A stretch of DNA of 64,000 nucleotides from positions 16,898 through 80,897 of the IMG/VR virus record IMGVR_UViG_3300050821_003884; one strand, written 5' to 3'. This DNA is from a virus. Shown here one piece after another: positions 19,242 through 28,910 of this stretch (the first letter of the stretch is position 1; each line of letters opens with the position of its first letter). The notes under the pieces were generated by a model. It was not told the DNA's origin, did not search any database, and was given only the letters and a program-made list of their open reading frames with translations. The position numbers and the translations under genes are program-made.

Positions 19242-19565
19242 TCAGTCCAGCGGCGGGAATTTTAATCCCGCCTTGTAACCAGCCTTCGTATAGAAAGCCT
19301 TGATCGGTGCCAGCGTCTTCTTAAGCTCTGCCTCAGTCGGCTCGGGCAGTCGCGGATATGCGCCCATGCCAGCGAACATGTAGCCATACAGCAGGGTCAT
19401 CAGCTTGTCGGCTGCTTTCGCTGGCAGCTTCCAGTAGGGCCAGCCGTCGCTGTGCTCGTTGACTTCGTTCTTGAACGCGTCCAGAAACCTCGCGTACTTG
19501 CCCAGAACAGGATGCGACTGGAACCTCTGCGCTGCCTCTTCAACTTCCCATTGATTCATCCACAT
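19242..19565 (-). CDS. Hypothetical phage protein
   Basis: NEHSDGWPYW motif; start motif upstream. Confidence 0.6.
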   Translation of the reverse strand: MWMNQWEVEEAAQRFQSHPVLGKYARFLDAFKNEVNEHSDGWPYWKLPAKAADKLMTLLYGYMFAGMGAYPRLPEPTEAELKKTLAPIKAFYTKAGYKAGLKFPPLD

Positions 19566-19740
19566 ATTTCTATTCCTCCCGGTTGTATAAATTTGTTTTC
19601 AGGTGATTGGGCTTTGCAGTACCCACCATTAACCATGTCTGCATGCGGTTGGATAATTCCACTCTTACTGACGACTTCACGCTTGCAGATGGGACAAAGG
19701 ACAATGCTAATTTTGGCGAGTTGCTTTCTCTGCTTTGGTG

Positions 19741-20220
19741 TCATGGCTTGACTCTCAGCGCGGCAATCTCCAGCTTGATCGTGGTGATCTTGCCCTCAAG
19801 GTCGGCGATTTCTTTCTCGCGCTTCTCGATCTCGCGGCGCGTGTCGTCCTGCTGCGCCTCGACCAGCGCGGCCTGATTGTCTTTCAGCCAGCGCTCGACC
19901 TCGGCAGTCAGAAGCTCTGCGACCGCAACCCGTGCAGTGTGGCTGATATCGCTCTTTACGTTGCTGCCACGGCGCGAAATGTACATGTTATGGTAGAACT
20001 TCGCAGACGGGGCTTCGCCCTCTTTGCCCAGCGTCCACGTGCCTGTCGGCGACTTGTAGAAATGGGCACTGACGCCATAGGTGATGCCGCGCACGGTGAT
20101 GAAAAATCCGCCCTCGAATCTGGATGCGCTGCCCGTGTTGCAGTCGAAGAAAATATGCTCGCCGCTCGTCGGGGTAATCTCGCCCCGGAGTTGCTTTGTC
20201 TCTACTTTGAAAGATGCCAT
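19741..20220 (-). CDS. Hypothetical protein with C-terminal coiled coil
   Basis: RBS; downstream of promoter copy 4. Confidence 0.6.
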   Translation of the reverse strand: MASFKVETKQLRGEITPTSGEHIFFDCNTGSASRFEGGFFITVRGITYGVSAHFYKSPTGTWTLGKEGEAPSAKFYHNMYISRRGSNVKSDISHTARVAVAELLTAEVERWLKDNQAALVEAQQDDTRREIEKREKEIADLEGKITTIKLEIAALRVKP

Positions 20221-20262
20221 GTCTTACCCTCCCGGTAAAAGCAGTTATCAGGTTATTGTATG

Positions 20263-20279
20263 TGACACCGTGGTGTCAA
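20263..20279 (-). promoter_or_regulatory. Sigma70-like promoter with palindromic operator (copy 4)
   Basis: Minus strand TTGACACCACGGTGTCA; TAACCT 18 bp after TTGACA. Confidence 0.6.
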
Positions 20280-20512
20280 GTATTCTGCAACTCAATCGTG
20301 ACGGGGAACAGGAAGTAATACGGGCCGATAACGCGCACGATCTCATCTAGTGCGGCCTTGGCCTCTTCCTCGTCCTCCCATATCTCCAGCAAGTATCCGG
20401 AGATACGCTTCGCAGCGAACGGTGCAGCATCCAGAAGGCCCGGACACGCTACCTTGTGCCAGCCGGGGAATGATCCATCCGTCCGCCTCTGCGAGATAAT
20501 GAAGCCCTTCAT
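20276..20512 (-). CDS. Hypothetical protein
   Basis: Start motif upstream. Confidence 0.5.
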   Translation of the reverse strand: MKGFIISQRRTDGSFPGWHKVACPGLLDAAPFAAKRISGYLLEIWEDEEEAKAALDEIVRVIGPYYFLFPVTIELQNT

Positions 20513-20536
20513 GTTTGTAATCCTCTCTCCTGTAAA

Positions 20537-20728
20537 TCAGTTTGCGTGTGACGTACTTGCAAGCCCTGCGGCTCTAAGGTGCGCTGTCGCCTGTTGCGGG
20601 GTGTAGAGCAAACCATAGGGGCTGCCGGGTCGCTGTTGCGCTTCCACGCTGCCATCGGCTCTAAACTTCAGACGATAATGCGGGTAGTGTCGCCTGATTG
20701 CCGTTTTCTGCTTGGCGGTGTACTTCAT
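20537..20728 (-). CDS. Small basic protein
   Basis: MKYTAKQK...; start motif upstream. Confidence 0.55.
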   Translation of the reverse strand: MKYTAKQKTAIRRHYPHYRLKFRADGSVEAQQRPGSPYGLLYTPQQATAHLRAAGLASTSHAN

Positions 20729-20826
20729 AACTCTCTCCTGTAAATCAATTTTGGCGTGATGCGCCAATTCAGGCCCACGCATATGGGCTTGAATCAGCGC
20801 ACGGGGCAGGGGATGCCCCATGCGGG

Positions 20827-21597
20827 TTAGTTCTGCGTCTTTAGCTTGTCGGCTTCCTCGATCACTGCGACGGCTTGGATCAGCAGGTCGTGTGGACTGT
20901 TAGCGTCGCGTGGTGACGTGTGCTCACGCGCCCAGTCTGTCAGCGCTCGCAGTGCTTCCAGCAATCGCGTGTTGACTGGCTCACCTGTAGACGTGTTTTC
21001 AGGTGATGCTGTTCCCAGTTCCGCCTGAGACAACTCTTTGACGCCCACGATGGCCTCGGCCTCGGCCCATGTCAGGTCTACGGTAAAGCCGGGGGTGTCC
21101 AGAAAGACGCTCTCGCTATTGGTTGCCGTGGCTTTCGGATTCGATCTCACGGCATAAGCGGTGCGCTTGTCGGTAACAAATGTCACACGGGCATAGCCAT
21201 TCGCTGCGGGGATATTGTCGGCATCGAAGTCTACATATTCCTCATGCGTCTGTACCCAGTGATACGTTTCCCGTGCAGACACTGCGGCGTTGACAGTGAC
21301 AGGCTCGGCGTTGCGCGTCGCGCCTGTTGCTCTGTCTGTCCATGGACGCGACTCGTTCGCGGCTGTCGTGATCGCGCTCTCGTGCTGCCACGAAGTAAGC
21401 ACAGCGCAAGGCTCGGGCTGTCGCGGCCAGACGGTCTGCACAACACCGTAGCTCTGGCCCAAGTCAATCGCGATAGGCTCGCGGCCTTTGGCGATGGTGG
21501 ACGCGTAGGAGTCAGCCTCGCTGCGCGTGTCAAACTGGCGACGGGTCGCCTGTACATAGTCGCCGCTGTCGTCGCGGCAGATAACGATGAAGCTCAT
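20827..21597 (-). CDS. Hypothetical protein
   Basis: 256 aa; start motif upstream. Confidence 0.6.
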   Translation of the reverse strand: MSFIVICRDDSGDYVQATRRQFDTRSEADSYASTIAKGREPIAIDLGQSYGVVQTVWPRQPEPCAVLTSWQHESAITTAANESRPWTDRATGATRNAEPVTVNAAVSARETYHWVQTHEEYVDFDADNIPAANGYARVTFVTDKRTAYAVRSNPKATATNSESVFLDTPGFTVDLTWAEAEAIVGVKELSQAELGTASPENTSTGEPVNTRLLEALRALTDWAREHTSPRDANSPHDLLIQAVAVIEEADKLKTQN

Positions 21598-21638
21598 TTT
21601 TAATTCCTCCCGGTTGTGTAAATTGGTTTTAGTGTGAA

Positions 21639-21944
21639 TTACAGGATGCCCCCGTAGATGTTCGGGCCGAAGTCGTCTTCCGGCGGGAAGCGTACCTCGA
21701 TGCTCCAGCCATACACGAAGTCAATGTCGATCCCGTCGCCGTAAAGCTCTTCAGTCTCTTCGCTGGCGATTTTGCCGCGCAATGCGTCGGCTGTTTCTTT
21801 GGGCATGTAACTGTCGAACAGGGCAGGGTCGGGAATCAGTAGGCTCGGCTTCGTGTCAAATGTTTGCCAGTCGCCGTCTACCTCGATTTCCAGATGGAGC
21901 ACGCCGCTCGCGTCTTTCCATGCGTTATAACTTCCCGGTGTCAT
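21639..21944 (-). CDS. Acidic hypothetical protein
   Basis: Start motif upstream. Confidence 0.6.
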   Translation of the reverse strand: MTPGSYNAWKDASGVLHLEIEVDGDWQTFDTKPSLLIPDPALFDSYMPKETADALRGKIASEETEELYGDGIDIDFVYGWSIEVRFPPEDDFGPNIYGGIL

Positions 21945-21984
21945 GATGCGTTCTCCTGTAAATGTGTTTGTGTGTGATGGGTGT

Positions 21985-22188
21985 TTACGGCAGTTGCCGG
22001 ATATCGCGATGCGTCCAGCCTGAGCCTATGCTCGGCATCAGGCCAAGGACGTAATCTCTGGAGTAGGGTGTGGCGACGTGGACGTGTGCTGTGCCCTCAA
22101 TGGTGACGGTGATATCTTCCTTCTGGCGTAGCTTCTCAGCTACCCACTGCACCAGCGTCGGCCCAGTGTAGATGGCGAAGCGGTTCAT
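21985..22188 (-). CDS. Hypothetical protein
   Basis: MNRFAIY...; start motif upstream. Confidence 0.55.
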   Translation of the reverse strand: MNRFAIYTGPTLVQWVAEKLRQKEDITVTIEGTAHVHVATPYSRDYVLGLMPSIGSGWTHRDIRQLP

Positions 22189-22223
22189 GTTGCTATCTCC
22201 TGTAAACAAGTTTGTGTGTTGGT

Positions 22224-22484
22224 TTAAAGGATCGACTGAATAGCTCGCCGCATACTGGCGACTTCTTCGGCTGTGCTCTTCGGCTTCTCCGTGGCCGGGA
22301 CAGTCACGCGCTCCAGTTCCACCCATTGCTGGCCCGTGCTGTTGCGGCTGTCAGGCGTGATAAGCAGACGCGGCTTGCCCCATGAGTTCTTGACGTTCAG
22401 AACAGTGCAGAGAATTTGTAGTTGTTCAAAGCGGACTAGGACTGTCGCGCCAATTGCGGGGATCATCTCAAGTGCGGTTGTCAT
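22224..22484 (-). CDS. Hypothetical protein
   Basis: Start motif upstream. Confidence 0.6.
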   Translation of the reverse strand: MTTALEMIPAIGATVLVRFEQLQILCTVLNVKNSWGKPRLLITPDSRNSTGQQWVELERVTVPATEKPKSTAEEVASMRRAIQSIL

Positions 22485-22521
22485 TTGGCTCTCTCCTGTA
22501 AATAAGTTTGTGTGTGATGGC

Positions 22522-22686
22522 TTAGTCTTCGTACTCTGCGGTCAGCTTCTTGCTGGCCTTGCGTGCTCGCCTGTTGAAGCGTGCCTTGATCTTCTTGCGC
22601 GTTCCTGCGCGGAACCCGTAGTACTTCTTTGCCGTGGTAAGTGCGTCGTACTCGTCGCCGCCCTTGAGTGGAATCTCGCGTCTCAT
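22522..22686 (-). CDS. Small basic phage protein
   Basis: MRREIPLKGGDEYDALT...; start motif upstream. Confidence 0.6.
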   Translation of the reverse strand: MRREIPLKGGDEYDALTTAKKYYGFRAGTRKKIKARFNRRARKASKKLTAEYED

Positions 22687-22801
22687 TGCCGTGTGCTCCT
22701 GTAAATGTGTTTGTGTGTGACGCAATGCGCCAGCGCAAGCCTCTGTGCAGGGGCTTGAGTTGGCGCATGGGGCTTGTTGCGCCCCATGCGGTTGTTGTTG
22801 G

Positions 22802-24139
22802 TTAGTCGGCGACGTATACCGTCTCGCCGAAGGGTGCGACCAGTGGCTGCCCTCTGTAGTCGCGCTCTTTAGTCGCAAGCCATAGGACGGGAACCTCCGG
22901 CGCTACCAGCGGGAAGGTGCCCTCAAGGTCAGTGATGCAGATGCAGCAGACAGGCTGTGACTCATCCTGTTCTATCGCTTCCAGCGCGGGAATGAAGTTC
23001 GTTCCGCCGCCGCCTTTTGGTTCCCACGTCAGCGGCTCGCCGCGTTCCAGCCGTACAATGCTGCACACTCGCGCATCCGCCATGTACAGCGTTACGCCCG
23101 AGGGGTCGCATTCATCTAGTACGCTCTGCACGATCTGGCGAGCGAAGTCCAGCGCCACATCGTCAATGCTGCCCGATGTGTCTACCATGATCGCCACCTC
23201 GCCCATGCGGTGAGCATAGAGCGCGGGAAGGTACGTACCCTGCGCAAGGTAACGCGTGTTTGGACGCGTCCAGCTATAGTCGCTCGCTGTCCGTTCCTGC
23301 ATCCAGCGCAGTACCAGACTGCGCACGTCTACGCGGGGCTTCAGCGCGTCGGCAATCACACGCGCCAGACCGCCGGGTAACTCGCCCTGCGACTTGGCCA
23401 GCGCTGCCGCTGTTGCGACCGCCTCCTTCCACTCCTGCTCGCTCGGGGCTTCGTCGCCGTCTGCATCCGGGCCAACCGGAGCATCTCTGACTTCGCCCTG
23501 ACTGTTGCCGCTGCCTTGCTGCTCGCCGCCGCCTTCGCCGTCGCTGCCTTCGCTCTGGCCTTCGCCGTTGCCGTCACCATCCGACTCGCCGCCTTGCTCG
23601 CCGTCACCGTCGCCGGTGCCGTCGCCTTCGTCGTCAGCGTCTCCGGGTTGGCCGGGGTCGCCGTTGTCGTCGGGCTGCTCTTCGTTCTCCTCATCTTCGT
23701 CGGGCTGCGGTTCAGGTTCCGGCTTAGGTTCCGGCTCCTGCTCTTGCTGGTGGCCGTGAATCCATTCCGCCGACTTGCCAATCTCCTCGCCCTCTGCATA
23801 GTACGCATCCGGCGGGAGGGTAAAGCCAGACGTTTGCAGTTCCGTATTGATCGCCTTGTCGCAAGCGATATTCCACGGCTTCATACTGCGACCGCCACGC
23901 CGCCACGGATGGCCCAGCGCGACGTGCAGTACCTCATGCGCTACCAGTCCGACAAGCTCGCCGTGGCTCAGTGAATCGACAAACGCCGGATTGTAGCCCA
24001 GCGTTCGCCCGTCTACCCATGCGGTTTCGCATGTTGGGTCGGCTTGCACCTTCAGACGCAGCGCAAGCGAACCGAAGAACGGCTGCTCTAAGATCAGCGA
24101 AGTGCGAGCCGCAATAAATTTACCGTGTGCTGTACTCAT
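22802..24139 (-). CDS. Metallopeptidase-vWA protein (DUF2201-like)
   Basis: AHEVLH (HExxH), acidic G-rich linker, MIDAS DTSGS, GGGTNF, ITD. Confidence 0.85.
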   Translation of the reverse strand: MSTAHGKFIAARTSLILEQPFFGSLALRLKVQADPTCETAWVDGRTLGYNPAFVDSLSHGELVGLVAHEVLHVALGHPWRRGGRSMKPWNIACDKAINTELQTSGFTLPPDAYYAEGEEIGKSAEWIHGHQQEQEPEPKPEPEPQPDEDEENEEQPDDNGDPGQPGDADDEGDGTGDGDGEQGGESDGDGNGEGQSEGSDGEGGGEQQGSGNSQGEVRDAPVGPDADGDEAPSEQEWKEAVATAAALAKSQGELPGGLARVIADALKPRVDVRSLVLRWMQERTASDYSWTRPNTRYLAQGTYLPALYAHRMGEVAIMVDTSGSIDDVALDFARQIVQSVLDECDPSGVTLYMADARVCSIVRLERGEPLTWEPKGGGGTNFIPALEAIEQDESQPVCCICITDLEGTFPLVAPEVPVLWLATKERDYRGQPLVAPFGETVYVAD

Positions 24140-25074
24140 TAGCTAAACAACCCCTTCCCAAACGTTTTCTGCATGTCGTCTAAAATGCTCTGTGCTCGTG
24201 CTGCCGTTTCTGCGCGGACTGCCGGAACCTTGCGCAGCGTCTCCGGTTCACTCATGGCGAGCAATTCCGTTTCGCGCCTGTACTTCTCCAACCGTGGATC
24301 GCCTGTGACGTTCAAGCGTTCCAACACGTCGCAGAGGTCACGCGCATTACCAATCAAGGTGTCGCGAAAGATCGCATCCGGTGAAGACAGTGCGGAAACA
24401 ATCTTCTCGACTCGCTCGTATAAGCGGCCAATCGCTTCTTTCTGCGCGGCTTCAAACTGTGCCTTGACGCGGTTTTCAGCGCTTGACGCAATCGCCTGAA
24501 TCTCAGCGTCGGACAGTGCAACCCGGAAGTCGCCGCCACTCGGAACAGGATTAAATTCAATCCCGAATGAGAAGCGCTTCGCCATGTCCGAAGGGTAATC
24601 GCCATGCTCAAACATGCCGTTCAGGATCGTTTTTGCCGCCTCGCGCAGTGCCGGATAGTCGTGCAGGAATTCAGCCAGCAAGCGATTAAATTCATGCTGC
24701 CGTTCACGGATGCCATCCGTGTACGCTTGGTAATTCTTGATCGGTAGCAACTGCCAGCCATCCGACCATTTGAGCGTTTGCTCGTAATGCCAGACGCGAA
24801 CCGCCGCGATGTGTGCCGTTAGCGCCTTGTGACTGTTGGCGTGTTGCACCTGCTTCAGCGCTTGCATGTTCTTGACACTGAAGCGTGTTTCGTCGTGAAT
24901 GCTCAGCTTGGACGGAAGCAGGTCTTTGTTGAAACGTCCCGCCCCTTCGCTTGCGCCTTGCGCTGCCAGTGTTTCGCGGGTCACTCGCTTGTCGAACTTC
25001 TTGCCGCTCCAGCTTGAAATGCTGAGCGATACCAGAATTGCGCGTGCGTGTAAGTCTTGCTTCGTGTTGCTCAT
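24139..25074 (-). CDS. DUF3150-like protein of the AAA/vWA module
   Basis: ILVSLSISSWSG N-terminus; lies between AAA and vWA genes. Confidence 0.55.
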   Translation of the reverse strand: MSNTKQDLHARAILVSLSISSWSGKKFDKRVTRETLAAQGASEGAGRFNKDLLPSKLSIHDETRFSVKNMQALKQVQHANSHKALTAHIAAVRVWHYEQTLKWSDGWQLLPIKNYQAYTDGIRERQHEFNRLLAEFLHDYPALREAAKTILNGMFEHGDYPSDMAKRFSFGIEFNPVPSGGDFRVALSDAEIQAIASSAENRVKAQFEAAQKEAIGRLYERVEKIVSALSSPDAIFRDTLIGNARDLCDVLERLNVTGDPRLEKYRRETELLAMSEPETLRKVPAVRAETAARAQSILDDMQKTFGKGLFS

Positions 25075-25145
25075 CTCTTTTACCCTCCCGGTAAACGTGT
25101 TTGTGTGTGTTCGTGGCGAGCGTTCCCACGCGCTCGCCAGTGAAT

Positions 25146-26210
25146 TTAATTGCTGCCGCTGATTAGCTTGCCGAATTCCGTAGTCTGCAAACGAACATAC
25201 GCGTCACTGTAAATAAGCTTGTCGTTTTTGTCGGTCGCAGAGCGGACAGTCAGCACAGCGAACTCGCCGAAACCCGCTTCAGCCCAGCGCTTGGCATAGG
25301 TGCATATCCGGTTGAAGTTCTGCTCGGTAGCTCTGCCAGCAAGCGCGATGGCGACCGCGTAGCGCTCATTCGGTGACGTTGGCAACGGTGCCTTGTCGGG
25401 ATTCAACAGGATCGCGTCCACGTTGACCAAAGACTTGTACATCCGGCGGAATACCTGATATTCGGTCGCTGCCGCTTCGCCCACTGCGCCAGCCAGCGCA
25501 ACCGACTCGACTTCTGCGGACAGGTCCAAGTCTTCAATCTGCGCGGCGTGTTGCCAAGTACGCGGCGAAGGACTGTTGGTTAGATCAGCGCTTGCCTCAA
25601 ACTTGGAAAGCAGCTCCGGGCGATAGCGCAGAAACGCTATCAGCATCGGACTGATACCCGCGTCAAATGCCCAGCGTGCCCATGCATCTATGTCTGTGTG
25701 CAGTTCCACGATAGTGGCAAAGCGCGACTTGACAGGTTCCAGCAAGCCCCGTGCCCCGGCTCTGTGCTGCCGTCCATTGGTCGCAGCAACAAAGGTTACG
25801 CAGTCGGGAAGGATGTGCTCGCCTACACGCCGCGCTAAAAACAACTGCATACATGCGGCTTGGACTGACTCCGGCGCTTGCGCCAAGTCATCAAAAAACC
25901 ATACGGTCGGCATCGTCGCCAGCAGTGCAGCGGCGAACTCGCCAATAGGCCGGAAGTCTGCGACTTTCGACTTCGCGTCAAACCACGGCAACCCCTTAAA
26001 ATCCGTGGGATCACTGACAGCAGGGTGCGAAACGATCAGGTTAAAGCCCAGCGCTTGCGCAGTCTGCTCAACTAGTTGCGTCTTGCCGATACCCGGCGCA
26101 CCTGCTACCAGAACAGGACGGCGCTTGGGAATTGCCTTCGTGAGTAATTCAATCAAGCCTTGCGGCTTCAGTGCGGGTAAAACCTGCGGTGTTTGTGTTG
26201 CGGTTGCCAT
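25146..26210 (-). CDS. MoxR-like AAA+ ATPase
   Basis: GAPGIGKT Walker A, FFDD Walker B, VAATN, SRF, SPRTW. Confidence 0.85.
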   Translation of the reverse strand: MATATQTPQVLPALKPQGLIELLTKAIPKRRPVLVAGAPGIGKTQLVEQTAQALGFNLIVSHPAVSDPTDFKGLPWFDAKSKVADFRPIGEFAAALLATMPTVWFFDDLAQAPESVQAACMQLFLARRVGEHILPDCVTFVAATNGRQHRAGARGLLEPVKSRFATIVELHTDIDAWARWAFDAGISPMLIAFLRYRPELLSKFEASADLTNSPSPRTWQHAAQIEDLDLSAEVESVALAGAVGEAAATEYQVFRRMYKSLVNVDAILLNPDKAPLPTSPNERYAVAIALAGRATEQNFNRICTYAKRWAEAGFGEFAVLTVRSATDKNDKLIYSDAYVRLQTTEFGKLISGSN

Positions 26211-26292
26211 GTTGTTTTAATTCCTCCCGGTAAATGTTTTGAAAGTTAAGCTTTCAATTCTGCTCACTGCGAGAGTGAGCAGACATCAAAGC

Positions 26293-26430
26293 TTAGTAAC
26301 CTAGTGACTTCATAAGCTCGCAGAACTTCTGTAAAAGCTCATCGGCTTGCGCCTTGCGGATGTCGTTTTCTACTTCATCCATCGTCGTGCGGTACTGCTC
26401 GGCAATTGCCGCGATGATTAGCTCTTTCAT
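26293..26430 (-). CDS. 45-aa protein not in the ORF track
   Basis: GGGAGG RBS, MKELIIAAIAEQY...SLGY. Confidence 0.5.
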   Translation of the reverse strand: MKELIIAAIAEQYRTTMDEVENDIRKAQADELLQKFCELMKSLGY

Positions 26431-26435
26431 GTTTT

Positions 26436-26783
26436 TTAATTCCTCCCGGTTGTTGGTTCAAAAGTAGTGCCGTGCGGGTTTAGCCTGTAGAGCTTGCTGC
26501 CCGTTTCGCTGTTAATCTCAAGGTTAAAAGTCAGCGTCAAAGCGTGAACTATATCAACCTGTTCTGGCTTGATTCCTGCGGCTTTCGTCATCCTGACGAT
26601 GCGCTTTAGTTCCTTCTGTAACTCGCCGAGTGTTGCTGCGCGATAGGTGTTTATCTTGACCACCTTGCGGTTGTGCGTCTGATGAGCGATTGAAGCGGCG
26701 TAACTCTCTATGCGTTGCGCCATTGTCGGCTCTGCATTGTCGGTATACTGCGCGTCAGTGCGGGGTTCAGGTGTTTTCTTCAT
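26436..26783 (-). CDS. Hypothetical protein
   Basis: GGAAGG RBS. Confidence 0.55.
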   Translation of the reverse strand: MKKTPEPRTDAQYTDNAEPTMAQRIESYAASIAHQTHNRKVVKINTYRAATLGELQKELKRIVRMTKAAGIKPEQVDIVHALTLTFNLEINSETGSKLYRLNPHGTTFEPTTGRN

Positions 26784-26853
26784 TGTTTCCTTCCGGTAAT
26801 TTCAGGCGTGCGCCTGTTGCTTGCCTCACGCATGAGGCAAGGCACAGAAGCAC

Positions 26854-27027
26854 TTACCGGATGTAAGCATTAAGCCCGATAATCACAGGCTTGCCGTCTA
26901 CGGTGGCGGTTGTTGCCACGTTGCCGCCGGAACTGGCAACGATCAAAGTCTTGCCCGTTTTTGACGGGGTTGGCGACTGCATCGGAATGCGGATTACTAG
27001 CTCATTTTTCTCAATTACTACTTTCAT
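26854..27027 (-). CDS. Small beta-rich protein, first gene of the left arm
   Basis: PSKTGKTLIVASSGGN...GLNAY; GGGAGG RBS. Confidence 0.6.
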   Translation of the reverse strand: MKVVIEKNELVIRIPMQSPTPSKTGKTLIVASSGGNVATTATVDGKPVIIGLNAYIR

Positions 27028-27939
27028 TGTGTTTCCTCCCGGTACGCTGGATGCGCCCATGTAAGTCCCATTGAATGAAGCTTGCATGGACGCATAGGAA
27101 CCTCATAAATCCCTATGCGACCGAATCTTTTTGTTGTGTCTCATGTATCTCTGTTTGCGCTTTGCTTTGCGCTTGTCGTACTTGCGACCGGAGAGCCTTT
27201 GCCCTCATCGTTCCTGATCCACCGTTAGTGCAGGGCCGTTAACCCCTGCCTAGTACCTCCGAATCCGCCTGTTACCGTCAACTTTCGCTGCTCCCATCCT
27301 GCCTCGCGCCTTCGCGCCTACGTTGCCAGATGTTTAGGTAACCCGTTCGTTTTCTTCAGCATCCCGTGTTCTTAAATCAGGTATCGCTTTCAGAACTTAT
27401 GCAATTGTCAAAGATCAGTACGGTTACCGAAGTAACCGCCGCGCCTTAGCGCCGAACTCACTAAAACCACTATACACGCAATGTGTCCTTAACACACATA
27501 TATTTCAACTATTTTATAACCTTTACAATCAATCACTTGGAACGTTTTCCACAGAGAGTTATATTTAACACTCCGGTGCTAGTCGCAACCGTATATATAG
27601 GTGTGAACGCGTACGGATGCCGGGACAGGATACGGACACCTTATATAGAGCAGGGAATCCAGCGCGGGAGCACTGCCGGGGTTTCCCGGCTCCTGCCGGG
27701 AATTAAATCCAGCGGAAACCGCCGCATTTCTGATCGCTTTATCTTCGCCCCTAATACACAAAAAGCCAGTGAATGTGTGCATCTGTATGATTACAAAGGC
27801 ATTGCAGCGCCTGTTTTCAAAACGCGTTCGTTTTAAGCGTGTATTAGGGCACAGGTAAGGGTGCAGGCTCACTTTTTTACCCGGTGCCTAGAAGGTGCCT
27901 CAGAGCGCGATTAAAGGGCATCCTAGCGAAGGCCAAAAA

Positions 27940-27972
27940 TGTGGAAAAGCCTGTGGAAAAGCCTGTGGATAA
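27940..27972. promoter_or_regulatory. Three tandem DnaA-box-like sites
   Basis: TGTGGAAAA, TGTGGAAAA, TGTGGATAA at a 12-bp period; the last is the reverse complement of TTATCCACA. Confidence 0.55.
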
Positions 27973-28238
27973 CTTTTGCACCCAGTGTTTACGCGGCTGA
28001 AATAAACTGCACACGCGTGTTTCCCTTTGTTTGCGCGTCGGACATGCGTCTGTCCCTTTGTTTATGCGGGTGTTAGCTGCTGTTGCCTTAATACACGTTT
28101 CCATGCTTGCGTTTTCGCCCCGGAACGGTGGCCGGGACAGGATGCCTGTACTCTCCTGCTAAAACACCTGACTCTCTGCCGGGAGTGCCTCCCGGCGGGT
28201 GCTCCCGCCGCGTAGGCGCATCCGCTGTGCATCCGCTG

Positions 28239-28910
28239 CAAACGCCGCAAGCTTCGCCATGGCAAACGCCACGCCAACGCGCTACAACCGCCGCCAGACG
28301 CCAGCAAACGCCACGCCACGAATCGCCAGCACTGCCGCCACGGAACGCCGCCGCCGCTGCCGTGTGTTCGCGCATGGATGGCAGGGTTTGGCCGATGCTG
28401 GAAACGATCTCGCCAATTTTCGCCGCGCATTTTATTCCGCGCAATGTCCTGTAAACGCGTTTGTCCGCATTGTCCTTTTTTCCGTCCACGTGGCGCAAAC
28501 CCGCATGGATACAGGGGTTTTAGCGCCTCAGAGTCTCATTCTGTACAATCGGACTTCAGCCCCGGCCTCGCCTCAGCCCCGGCCTCGCCGGACACCTGTA
28601 AACGCGTTTGCGCACCTCGAAGTCCTCGAAGTCCTCGCCGGAGGTTGTCCCGCACCCCCACCTGCTGCTACAGCTATAACTCATTTTCCGCCTCTTGCCT
28701 TCTTCCTTCTCCAGCCGAAGGCGCAGCTTTTCGCCACCGTACGGGGCTGAAGGCGCAGCTTTACCCTGAAAAATTCACAGCGGTGGAAAATAAAAATTTT
28801 CGGCAGCCGGATAATTCCATACGTGGCGATGATAAGTTGAATGGCAACAATATATTGCCGCGATCTTGGCTCTGTACTTACCGGGTAAAAGCGCAGCTTA
28901 GGCGCAGCAT
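28239..28910. repeat. Cluster of short direct repeats in the non-coding divergence region
   Basis: GCAAACGCCACGCCA x2, CCTGTAAACGCGTTTG x2, CAGCCCCGGCCTCGCC x2, CCTCGAAGT x2+, GCGCAGCTT x3. Confidence 0.65.

Larger units (their letters stand above)
691..27045 (-). repeat. Dispersed start-associated motif CACAC-N(1-3)-AAAC-N3-TTTAC(A/C)GG(G)AG, >25 full or partial copies
   Basis: Plus-strand examples: 8208, 16918, 19208, 20527, 21953, 22493, 22696, 25083. Confidence 0.85.

Noticed and set aside
23500-23750. Low-complexity GCC/TCG repeats
   Set aside because: Encode the acidic Gly-rich linker of the vWA protein
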